In this document: piece by piece, positions 38,093 to 46,356 of the stretch
Layout of the letters: each line of letters opens with the position of its first letter
Numbering within the stretch: position 1 is the stretch's first letter
NCBI GenBank assembly: GCA_946965045.2
Contig: OX459761.1
Span: forward strand, 1 to 64,000
Reading direction: 5' to 3'
Length of the DNA stretch: 64,000 nt
Source of the DNA: Epithemia pelagica
Taxonomy: Eukaryota > Protista > Bacillariophyta
Program-made: the position numbers and the translations under genes
The notes under the pieces: generated by a model
The model's database searches: none
Told to the model about the DNA's origin: nothing
Seen by the model: only the letters and a program-made list of their open reading frames with translations

Positions 38093-39031
38093 ATGGATTG
38101 GAATGAAATTCAAAACTTTTCATCAAACATAGTTTTTGGAATTTTACTATGTGCTATGATAATTTATTGGGTTAACTTATCATTGTTCAGTGATTCAAAG
38201 TTATTAGCAAAAATTGGTCGATTTAGTACAATTACAGCTAATATCATTTTAGTTTTTATTCTTTCTTCCCGATGGGTAGTAGCTGGTTATTTTCCTTTAA
38301 GTAATTTATATGAATCATTATTGTTTTTGACATGTATGTTATTGACAGTTTATTTATATATTGAAACAAAAACAAAAAGTAAACTAATTGGATCTATTCT
38401 AATTCCAGTTACGTTATTAATAAACGGATTTGCCAATTTAACACTTTCCCCAGAAATGCAAAAATCAAGTCCATTAGTTCCTGCGTTACAATCAAATTGG
38501 TTAATGATGCATGTTAGCATGATGTTATTAAGTTATGGAACATTAATAATGGGTTCATTGCTTTGCATTTTATTTTTAGTTATTTCAAGGTTTAAAGAGG
38601 TTGAATTAAAAGTTATCGATAATTCTTCATTACCTTTATATAATATAATGCTAGATTATTACGAAGCCAAATTATTATCTCCATCAACCGAAATTTCAGA
38701 ATTAGGAAAACTTAAACTTTTACAAAGTATTGATAATTGGAGTTATCGAATCATTGGATTAGGATTTCCATTTTTAACCATCGGCATTATTTCAGGAGGC
38801 GTTTGGGCTAATGAAGCGTGGGGTTCTTATTGGAGTTGGGATCCAAAAGAAACTTGGGCATTAATAACATGGCTAGTTTTTGCTACGTATTTACATGCTC
38901 GTATTACAAAAGGATGGGAAGGGAAAAAAACTGCTATTTTAGGTAGTTTAGGTTTCTTTGTTATTTGGGTTTGTTATTTAGGTGTGAATTTTTTAGGAAA
39001 AGGTTTACATAGTTATGGTTGGTTATCTTAA
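38093..39031 (+). CDS. ccsA: Cytochrome c biogenesis protein CcsA
   Basis: WANEAWGSYWSWDPKETW motif. Confidence 0.98.
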   Translation: MDWNEIQNFSSNIVFGILLCAMIIYWVNLSLFSDSKLLAKIGRFSTITANIILVFILSSRWVVAGYFPLSNLYESLLFLTCMLLTVYLYIETKTKSKLIGSILIPVTLLINGFANLTLSPEMQKSSPLVPALQSNWLMMHVSMMLLSYGTLIMGSLLCILFLVISRFKEVELKVIDNSSLPLYNIMLDYYEAKLLSPSTEISELGKLKLLQSIDNWSYRIIGLGFPFLTIGIISGGVWANEAWGSYWSWDPKETWALITWLVFATYLHARITKGWEGKKTAILGSLGFFVIWVCYLGVNFLGKGLHSYGWLS

Positions 39032-39288
39032 AAAGGATAAGTTTTTTTTTAGGTAAGAGAAGAAAGATCTTATCTAAAAATTAAATAAAATATCAAAAAC
39101 TAAAAATACTAACTAATCTTAATCTCCTATCTTATTTTTCATGATTTTAGAATCATATATGTATATATATATGAATCAATCCAATATTACTAGTAATAGT
39201 TTTTGAGTTGGATCGATTTCTCAATACTCAATAAGTGTTTTTTAGATTTCTTTTGTCTAGTCACCATTCAGTTTGTATCAAAATAAAT

Positions 39289-39528
39289 TTATTTTGATAC
39301 AATTTCCGCTTTTACTAATAAATTAAAAACAGTCTCGGTTGGCTTAACTCCATAACTTAACCATTTTTTAATTTTCTCAGCGTCAAATTTATAATCTTTA
39401 GTCATTGGATTATAATAACCAACTTCATCAATTGGGCGTCCATTTCTTCTAAAAGTATTCTCCATGATTACTAATCGATATGAAGGATAACGTTTTTTAC
39501 CTAATCTTTTTAATCTTAGTTTCAACAT
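39289..39528 (-). CDS. rps16: 30S ribosomal protein S16
   Basis: MLKLRLKRLGKK, EVGYYNP. Confidence 0.97.
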   Translation of the reverse strand: MLKLRLKRLGKKRYPSYRLVIMENTFRRNGRPIDEVGYYNPMTKDYKFDAEKIKKWLSYGVKPTETVFNLLVKAEIVSK

Positions 39529-39616
39529 AGATTATTGTAATATATAAATTAATTATTTTTTTTTTATGAAAAATTCAAACTGATTCTAGGAATAAATATT
39601 AAATTAGTTAGTAATA

Positions 39617-40234
39617 TTAACGACGTGAATAATATTCAATTACAAGTAATTCATCTAACTGTAAAGAAACATCAGATCTTTCACAATAATCTAAAACACG
39701 TGCTTCTAATTTAGAAGAATCTAATTTTAAATGATTAGGAATTTCAGTAACCTGATTGTTTTTAATATTATTCGCAATTAACGTATTAGAACTAGTTTTT
39801 TCTTTAATTCCAATCACATCATTCAAGCGACATTGAAAACTTGGTATGCTTACAACTCTTTTATTTACAGTGATATGACCATGATTTACTAATTGTCGAG
39901 CTTGAGCAATGCTCTTTGCAAAACCTAGAGTAAAACAAATAGTATCTAGTCTCATTTCTAATAACTGAAGCAAAATTAAACCAGTAACACCTTGTCGACG
40001 ACGTGCTTCTTTTACATATCTGAATAATTGGCTCTCAGTTAAACCATAATTAAATTTTAATTTTTGTTTTTCTTCTAATCGAACTCCATACTCAGTTAAT
40101 TTTTTCCCTGTTTCTGCATTCACATTTCCATCTTTTCCAGGTCGATTAAGCTTATTTGACTTTTTTGTTGTTAAGCCTGGTAAAAATCCTAATCGTCTGG
40201 TAATTCTTAATTTAGGACCTCTGTAACGTGACAT
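39617..40234 (-). CDS. rps4: 30S ribosomal protein S4
   Basis: [23 protein letters not shown]. Confidence 0.98.
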   Translation of the reverse strand: MSRYRGPKLRITRRLGFLPGLTTKKSNKLNRPGKDGNVNAETGKKLTEYGVRLEEKQKLKFNYGLTESQLFRYVKEARRRQGVTGLILLQLLEMRLDTICFTLGFAKSIAQARQLVNHGHITVNKRVVSIPSFQCRLNDVIGIKEKTSSNTLIANNIKNNQVTEIPNHLKLDSSKLEARVLDYCERSDVSLQLDELLVIEYYSRR

Positions 40235-40298
40235 AAAAATATATTAAATATAATTGTTAATTTTTAAAACGCTTAATTTTGAAGAAATTTGAAACAAG

Positions 40299-40372
40299 GG
40301 CGAGTGACCGGACTTGAACCGGCGAATGGTGGAACCACAACCCACTGCCTTAACCACTTGGCTACACCCGCC
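40299..40372 (-). tRNA. trnH: tRNA-His(GUG)
   Basis: G(-1)GCGGGTG acceptor, TTGTGGT anticodon loop. Confidence 0.97.
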
Positions 40373-40389
40373 AAATTCTCTTTTGCTCG

Positions 40390-40419
40390 ATTGTATCAGA
40401 TAATACCGAGTTCCGTCTA
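40390..40419 (-). promoter_or_regulatory. Candidate trnH promoter
   Basis: Minus strand TAGACG, 18-bp spacer, TACAAT, ~18 nt before trnH. Confidence 0.45.
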
Positions 40420-40493
40420 TATTTTTATTGAAACAATCAAACATATTGATAAAATAGAATTAGACGGTGAAACAAAGATGGAAAAAAATAATT

Positions 40494-40507
40494 ACTAATA
40501 ATACATT
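40494..40507 (+). repeat. Left copy of 14-bp direct repeat (attL-like)
   Basis: ACTAATAATACATT, identical to 43516-43529. Confidence 0.9.
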
Positions 40508-40568
40508 TCAGAGTTTAATTGGGATTCCTCGTGTGACCTTTGAACGATCTCTTAAATTAAAATATTTA
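40494..40568 (+). pseudogene. 3' continuation of the split rep gene
   Basis: TNNTFQSLIGIPRVTFERSLKLKYL begins with the same TNNTF codons that end ORF339, in the same frame. Confidence 0.65.
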
Positions 40569-40984
40569 CCTATCAAGGTGGGACAAATCAGGAAGTTAAA
40601 TCAATTAATATATATAATGAAGAAGAAAATCGAATTGCAATCTTCAAACGATCTACAGGTGAATTTATGACATTTTGTGAGCCTAATGATGACGAACGAG
40701 AGGATCTACTAGAAACAGGAAACTTTGGAGGTCAATTTGGATGGTTCAGCGGTCAAGCGAAAAATGTTCCTCCAAAGGTTAAAGCAGAACAAAATGTTGC
40801 CGATGAAATTACGCCAATCGATAGCTTTGAGAGCCATGTGATGGGTATAACGCCTGCTCCTGCGTATGAATTTTCAAGCGTAGACGAAGGACAAAATCCA
40901 GGATTTACTCCACTGAATAGTTTCGATAGCGACGTTATGGGAATAACACCGTTAGATTCTTCATCATCGGACTATCAAATTTAA
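40568..40984 (+). pseudogene. Colicin D-like tRNase toxin, C-terminal half only, plus repeat tail
   Basis: TYQGGTNQEVKSINIYNEEENRIAIFKRSTGEFMTFCEPNDDEREDLLETGNF aligns by eye with the colicin D C-terminus (GTY...FN...VVIIKSNGEFLSGW...YLETGEL); includes the 105-aa ORF 40667-40984. Confidence 0.65.
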
Positions 40985-41004
40985 TTAACCTCAAGAAATA
41001 ATGT

Positions 41005-41472
41005 ATGATCAATATTAATTATAATCTAAAACGCCATATTGAATTATTAAAACAGGAAAAAAAAATTCTAAATGAAAAAAAATCTTTTTTGAAAGAAAAT
41101 CCAAAAGAAGCTTTAGAATTAATTAAATACGGCGCGAAAGTTAGTCAACATATTGTGTGGGAAGATCGATTTGAAATTGCTTCAATAATGGAAGACTTTT
41201 TGAGTAAAAAGATAAATGCGCATGAATTTCATGATAGTGTGTTTGGACTTCGTCGTAAGCATTCAGAGAAATGTAAAAGATTTCTATCAAAATTAGTTTC
41301 GGAAGAAATAAAAGATTTTTGTCCGAACAAAAATGCACATAAATTAAAAGGATTTTTATCGGCCTTGTATTTTGAATGCGAGCATTTTGAAACGAATTTC
41401 GATGAAGCCGAATTATATACTTCTATTGAAAATGGATTTTTTAAATTTCAAATAATTTTGAATGAAGAGTGA
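41005..41472 (+). CDS. Colicin D immunity (ImmD)-like protein, 155 aa
   Basis: FLSKKINAHEF...LRRK and LYFECEHFE match ImmD [11 protein letters not shown]...ERRR and LFMAAERFE; lies directly downstream of the toxin remnant. Confidence 0.65.
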   Translation: MININYNLKRHIELLKQEKKILNEKKSFLKENPKEALELIKYGAKVSQHIVWEDRFEIASIMEDFLSKKINAHEFHDSVFGLRRKHSEKCKRFLSKLVSEEIKDFCPNKNAHKLKGFLSALYFECEHFETNFDEAELYTSIENGFFKFQIILNEE

Positions 41473-41503
41473 TAAATTATATTACTCTTCATTCAAAATT
41501 ATT
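41451..41503. terminator. 20-bp inverted repeat at the end of ORF155
   Basis: AATAATTTTGAATGAAGAGT / ACTCTTCATTCAAAATTATT. Confidence 0.7.
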
Positions 41504-41785
41504 TTATTTTTATCTTAACCACTAAAACCCGACCATTTTAAGGCCAGAATTTCATTGAGGCATCAGAGCTTTAAAAGACCCTCTCAGAGCATATTTGAAA
41601 TTACTTCCTTGGCTTGATTTGATCCCCGATTAAACCCTTCAATATTTCCCACCAACATTGTTCATCTGGGGTAAACCCTAAATGAACCTCTATATTTTGT
41701 TTTTTATTTATTATTTTTAAACCCTTTACAAATAAATTTCTAAAATGCATACTTAATAAACAAATGTTAAAGAAGGAGTAAAAAG

Positions 41786-42430
41786 ATGTTTGAAGAAATT
41801 CCAAAAAATTGTAAATATGCGTATGCACGCGTAAGTTCGAAATCACAACAAGATAATTCTTCTTTGGAATTTCAGAAACAAGAGTTTCTGAAACTCGGGG
41901 TTCCTGAACAAAATATCCGAGTTGAAGTTGGATCTGCTGCGGATCCCATCAAGGATCGGCCAATTTTCTACAGTTTGATTGATAATGAATTAACTCAGAA
42001 TGACCTCTTATTTGTTACTAAAATTGATCGTTGCAGTAGAAATACACTTGAATTTTTAAAATTACAAGAACGTCTCCATAAAAAAGGTGTTACCTTTATT
42101 TCATTGGATTTACCATATTCCAATGATATGGCTGTTAATAAGTTAATCAGTACTAATCTAGCAGCTATTGCTACCTTTGAGAATGAAAGAAGAAAAGAAC
42201 GTCAACGTCAAGGAATTAAAGCAGCCAAAAAAGCTGGTAAATATTTAGGAAGAAAAACTGTTATTACTAAAAAACTAATTGCACAAGTTCAGGATCTAAA
42301 AGAAAATAAAAATTTATCCATTACCGAAATAGCTAAAATTACGGGTCGGGGTCGAAATACCATTTATAAAGTTTTAAAAGAGGAATTAAAATATATTCCT
42401 TACAATCGATTAGTTAAATCAGATAAATAA
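41786..42430 (+). CDS. serC: Serine recombinase, resolvase/invertase family (called serC in diatom plastomes; not phosphoserine aminotransferase)
   Basis: YARVS with catalytic S17, DRCSR, GKYLGRK, C-terminal HTH (SITEIAKITGRGRNTIYK); AGGAG SD. Confidence 0.95.
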   Translation: MFEEIPKNCKYAYARVSSKSQQDNSSLEFQKQEFLKLGVPEQNIRVEVGSAADPIKDRPIFYSLIDNELTQNDLLFVTKIDRCSRNTLEFLKLQERLHKKGVTFISLDLPYSNDMAVNKLISTNLAAIATFENERRKERQRQGIKAAKKAGKYLGRKTVITKKLIAQVQDLKENKNLSITEIAKITGRGRNTIYKVLKEELKYIPYNRLVKSDK

Positions 42431-42516
42431 ACTATAAAATGTTCTCTTATCGCCCTCTCAGGAGCTCAATAATCAATTTTAAATCATTTTACGTATAAAC
42501 CTACAGGAGGTAAAAA

Positions 42517-43536
42517 ATGGATCCAAAATCCTTAAATTTTCATTATCAAAATTTAGTTGTTGATTGGATATCTTTTAAGTTTCAAGATTCACAGTGTGAT
42601 CAAAATAAAATTGCAAATTATTTTTTTAATCTTGGATTTAACTCTTATCAACAATCTGGAAAATTATCAAGACCAATTCAAGAAAAGATTTTAGAGAAAT
42701 CTAAAAATCAATTTCAGATTTTTTTTCTTAACGATCATCCGTATTGGAAAGGTACGATTCTTCAATTATCAGGCTCAAATGCTAGTAGATTTTATTTTCT
42801 TGCAAAAAGAAACAAAATCGATTGGCAAATTCTTGAAAAAGCTACACTAAGTCGTTTTGATATAAATTACTGCCGAGAAAATAAAAGAGATAAAATCTCT
42901 TCATCTGATTTTATTGAAAATTGTTATACTAAATTAAAACGAACAAATTATAAAGTTCAGCTTGAGAAAAATAGAAAAGGTTCTATTCTAAGAATAGGAA
43001 ATCGAAAAGCTAATCATTACGGACGTATTTATCAACAAAACAATTCTTTAAAATTCGAGTATGAGATGAAAGGTAGATTTCTTCAGAAATTTCATAAATT
43101 ATTGGTTTCAAATAATTTTGAAGAAATCGAATCTAAGTTAACAAAACAATTTCTATTTTATTTTGGAAAATTATTACCTCTTCAACATTCTTATCTTGAT
43201 TGGTTGGTGCTGCAGTTACGTCCTATTCGAAAGCAAAAGACTTTTCAACTTGGTTTACAATCCGATTATATAAAATCTGAAAGCAGCATAAATTCAGAAA
43301 CTCTAATTCAATTTATCCAATTTTTGAATTATGCTCAAAATTTAGATTACACAATTCAAAATTTGGATGAAATTTCTTATAGAAAAGTTACTTTTATAAT
43401 TAGAGATTTTATAACCTATCAAAATCCTACAATTAGTTCCAAGAATCGTTATCAATTACAAAAAACAAAAGATTTTTTTCAACGTCTTCAAACTGGAGTA
43501 TTAATAACTTCATTCACTAATAATACATTCAAATGA
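42517..43536 (+). CDS. Plasmid replication initiator, Rep_trans-like, C-terminally truncated
   Basis: VDWISF, SRFD (R113/D115), IGNRK...RIY (Y172), KFEYEMKG; AGGAGG SD at 42505-42510. Confidence 0.7.
   Translation: MDPKSLNFHYQNLVVDWISFKFQDSQCDQNKIANYFFNLGFNSYQQSGKLSRPIQEKILEKSKNQFQIFFLNDHPYWKGTILQLSGSNASRFYFLAKRNKIDWQILEKATLSRFDINYCRENKRDKISSSDFIENCYTKLKRTNYKVQLEKNRKGSILRIGNRKANHYGRIYQQNNSLKFEYEMKGRFLQKFHKLLVSNNFEEIESKLTKQFLFYFGKLLPLQHSYLDWLVLQLRPIRKQKTFQLGLQSDYIKSESSINSETLIQFIQFLNYAQNLDYTIQNLDEISYRKVTFIIRDFITYQNPTISSKNRYQLQKTKDFFQRLQTGVLITSFTNNTFK
43516..43529 (+). repeat. Right copy of 14-bp direct repeat (attR-like)
   Basis: ACTAATAATACATT, ending 3 nt before the thiS ATG. Confidence 0.9.
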
Positions 43537-43736
43537 AATATTTTTATTTAAATGGGAAAACTTACAAAACACATTACCCTTTAACATTATTAAATTTACT
43601 AGTTTATTTCAACTATAATCAATCGTTACTTGTGTTAGAGTATAATAACCGAATTTGTAACAAAAAAAGTTGGGATAAAATTTTTATCCAAGATAGAGAT
43701 AAAATTGAAATTGTAACTATTGTTGGGGGTGGCTAA
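43533..43736 (+). CDS. thiS: Sulfur carrier protein ThiS (ycf40)
   Basis: Ubiquitin-like fold ending DKIEIVTIVGGG. Confidence 0.95.
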   Translation: MKYFYLNGKTYKTHYPLTLLNLLVYFNYNQSLLVLEYNNRICNKKSWDKIFIQDRDKIEIVTIVGGG

Positions 43737-43804
43737 AATTCAAAGAGAAACCAATCCTATTTATAATAGTCATATGAATATTAGAAATAGTAATTTTAGA
43801 GAAT

Positions 43805-45898
43805 TTAATTTCGAATAAGCGCATCAAATTTTTGAGTAAGAAGTAATTCTAAATTTTTAATAATTATTTCAATATCTTTCGTTTGTAATGTTCTTTCATT
43901 TGACTGAAAAACTAGTTGCAAGCATAAACTAATATGTTGCTCAGGAATAGATTGACCACGATATTCGTCTAATAAATTAATTTCTGATAAAAATTGAGTT
44001 CCGTTAACATATATTAATTTTTTCAATTCAGCAAATGATACATCTTGATGGATAATAAACGATATATCTTTAACAATTTTAGGATATAAAACATAAGATT
44101 TGTAAATTGCTAATTGATTTTTTTGAATTTGATTTTGAATTTTTCCAAGGTCAAATTCAAAAATATACATTTCATTATCAATATTTAACTGACTTGATAA
44201 AATTGGTGAAATTTGACCAAAGAAACCTAATTTTTGTCCATTAATTAAATAGAGTTCACTCGTTTTATAAGGATGAAATATAGGATTTGAACTAGTTAAT
44301 TTTTTCCAATCTATGAATAAGTTTAATTGTTCAAATAATTGCTCCATTTTTCCTTTTGCTTCAAACCAACTCATAGAAATTAGGTTTTCCGACCAAGATA
44401 ATTTTGTTTTTGTTCCACCAAATATACCTGCGACATTCTCGGTTTCCTGAACTGTCCCATTTTCATCTGCCGAAAAAACATGCCCATATTCAAATCCTTC
44501 AATTATAGAATTTCCTTGTTTTAAATTCTCTTCAATTGTTTGAATTAAATTAGGTAACAAACTTGATCGTAAATTTCCATAATCTGCTAAAAGTGGATTA
44601 ATTAATTTTATTTTATTAGGTAAAAAAGTTATTTCATTAACTAAGGAATAATGAGTTAATTCATTAAAACCAAGATTTAATAAGCAAGATGTAATTTTTT
44701 TACGGGTTTGATAACTTAAATCTTCATGACCAATTTTTTTTAATTTTGGTAAAGTTGTTAAAAAATTATTAAAACCATGTAATCGACCAATTTCTTCAAT
44801 AAGATCAATTTCACGGGTAATGTCATCGCTTCGCAAATGTGGAATTTGAACTTTCCAACTTAAATCTTGATAAGAGAACTTGAAATTTAATCTATTTAAA
44901 TAACTGTTAATTAACTCGGTAGAAATATAGTCATTGGTTTTAGTTGGACCAAGAATTTTATTTATCATTTCATATCTTAATACCACCGATTTTAATGGCT
45001 CTTGCTCAGCTTTCATAAATTTAAGCAATTTACATTTTAACGTAGGATTATTTATACGTAATAAAGAAATTAAACGGTATGCCGATTCAATTAAATATGT
45101 GTTCTTTAAAGATTTTTCATGTCTAGCGGATTGTTCTGTTCTTAATCCTAATTCTCTAGATTGTTGACGTATTTTCGCTGCATTAAAAATGCTTCCTTCA
45201 ATTAATAACGATTTTGTACTATTTAAACACATAAATTCCTTGGTTTCAATCAAACCAGCTATACTAATGGGAATATTATTTATTGTGATTAACTCAGTAA
45301 ATTCATTTAATTTATAATTTTTATCATTACTTGCCTCAAATTTTGTATTCGTTTTTGGATTTGAAATTGATATTTGAAGTTCAGAATTATCTAATTTAGA
45401 AGAAATTTTTTCAAGATCATAAAAAACAAAAGGATAACCAGTCTCTAACAAAATATAGTTTTGAAAATCTAATAAATTATTAGTAGGTATTATACCTGCG
45501 CTAATCAATTTTTCTTTTAACCATTTAGGGGCATTATTATCATTTAGATTTTCAATTGAGAGAGCTAAAAATGTATTACAAGTTGTTTCTTCTGGGAAAG
45601 AGACTGCAAAATTTTCAATTTGAGTTTTCCAAGCTTTACTACTTGTTAAATATGAAACATTTTTAATTGGTTTATTTACTAATGTTGCAATTTCAGCTGA
45701 AATTCCCTGAACAGATAAACTGTCTGAACGATTTGCTGTTGCCGAAATATCTAATACAATTTCTTTTCTATTATCTATCTCTAATTCTAAAACTTCTTCA
45801 ACTTCAAAACCTCCAAGTGTTAATTTATCAATTAAATCATCTAAATTAAGTTTTTCAATATCTACTAATTCATTTATCCATTTTATTGATATTTGCAT
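43805..45898 (-). CDS. syfB: Phenylalanyl-tRNA synthetase beta subunit
   Basis: SATANRSDSLS, DLIEEIGRLHGF, C-terminal FDX-ACB domain. Confidence 0.96.
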   Translation of the reverse strand: MQISIKWINELVDIEKLNLDDLIDKLTLGGFEVEEVLELEIDNRKEIVLDISATANRSDSLSVQGISAEIATLVNKPIKNVSYLTSSKAWKTQIENFAVSFPEETTCNTFLALSIENLNDNNAPKWLKEKLISAGIIPTNNLLDFQNYILLETGYPFVFYDLEKISSKLDNSELQISISNPKTNTKFEASNDKNYKLNEFTELITINNIPISIAGLIETKEFMCLNSTKSLLIEGSIFNAAKIRQQSRELGLRTEQSARHEKSLKNTYLIESAYRLISLLRINNPTLKCKLLKFMKAEQEPLKSVVLRYEMINKILGPTKTNDYISTELINSYLNRLNFKFSYQDLSWKVQIPHLRSDDITREIDLIEEIGRLHGFNNFLTTLPKLKKIGHEDLSYQTRKKITSCLLNLGFNELTHYSLVNEITFLPNKIKLINPLLADYGNLRSSLLPNLIQTIEENLKQGNSIIEGFEYGHVFSADENGTVQETENVAGIFGGTKTKLSWSENLISMSWFEAKGKMEQLFEQLNLFIDWKKLTSSNPIFHPYKTSELYLINGQKLGFFGQISPILSSQLNIDNEMYIFEFDLGKIQNQIQKNQLAIYKSYVLYPKIVKDISFIIHQDVSFAELKKLIYVNGTQFLSEINLLDEYRGQSIPEQHISLCLQLVFQSNERTLQTKDIEIIIKNLELLLTQKFDALIRN

Positions 45899-45923
45899 TT
45901 TTAACTTACTGTAAATTTTGTTC

Positions 45924-46271
45924 TTAGTTTGCTTTTGTAAAAACTAAACCATTTGTCTCACCATATCTTTCCATAAATCTCATAAATCGATCCCAAGCTT
46001 CTGGACTTTTCATGATATATATTGATTCAATTGCTTCTGGTTTTCCATTGACAAATCTAGCATTAACATCTCTTGTTTCTAATGTACCTTCTTCATCAAT
46101 GAGATACATTCCAGTAATTTCTCCTTCTTTTGCTGTATTTTTATCTAATATATTTGGATTTTTAAATCGAAATGTTGCTGTACCAGTACTTCCATCACGT
46201 GAACGTGTTAAACGTACATCAGGCAATACTTTTTCATCAAGACCTTTTATAAATTGAATTTTAGCTTCCAT
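45924..46271 (-). CDS. psb28: Photosystem II Psb28
   Basis: Start moved to [10 protein letters not shown]; [19 protein letters not shown]. Confidence 0.96.
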   Translation of the reverse strand: MEAKIQFIKGLDEKVLPDVRLTRSRDGSTGTATFRFKNPNILDKNTAKEGEITGMYLIDEEGTLETRDVNARFVNGKPEAIESIYIMKSPEAWDRFMRFMERYGETNGLVFTKAN

Positions 46272-46356
46272 AACTCTATTCTGATTCAAATGATACCAAC
46301 TATATTTTACTTCAAATCTAGAAGTAATGAAAGACAACTTTTTCTCAGTCCTCTAA

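Larger units (their letters stand above)
40494..43529. mobile_element. Integrated plasmid-like element, 3022-bp unit: rep 3' stub, toxin remnant, immunity ORF, serine resolvase, rep 5' part
   Basis: Exact 14-bp terminal direct repeat; Rep reading frame continuous across the two ends; recombinase and Rep cargo foreign to the plastid core gene set. Confidence 0.85.

Noticed and set aside
40436-40498. IKHIDKIELDG as the catalytic KH motif of the colicin-D-like toxin
   Set aside because: It lies outside the left 14-bp repeat, in host trnH-upstream DNA, and is separated from the toxin remnant by the Rep-derived stub; the match is coincidental.
40467-40670. 67-aa ORF as an independent gene
   Set aside because: It is a chimera: host DNA (TTG/ATG-less start region), then the Rep 3' stub, then an off-frame reading of the toxin remnant.
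41601-41846. 81-aa (or 49-aa from ATG 41750) ORF divergent from the resolvase
   Set aside because: Partly antisense to the resolvase start, no SD or recognisable motif; cannot be supported as a gene.
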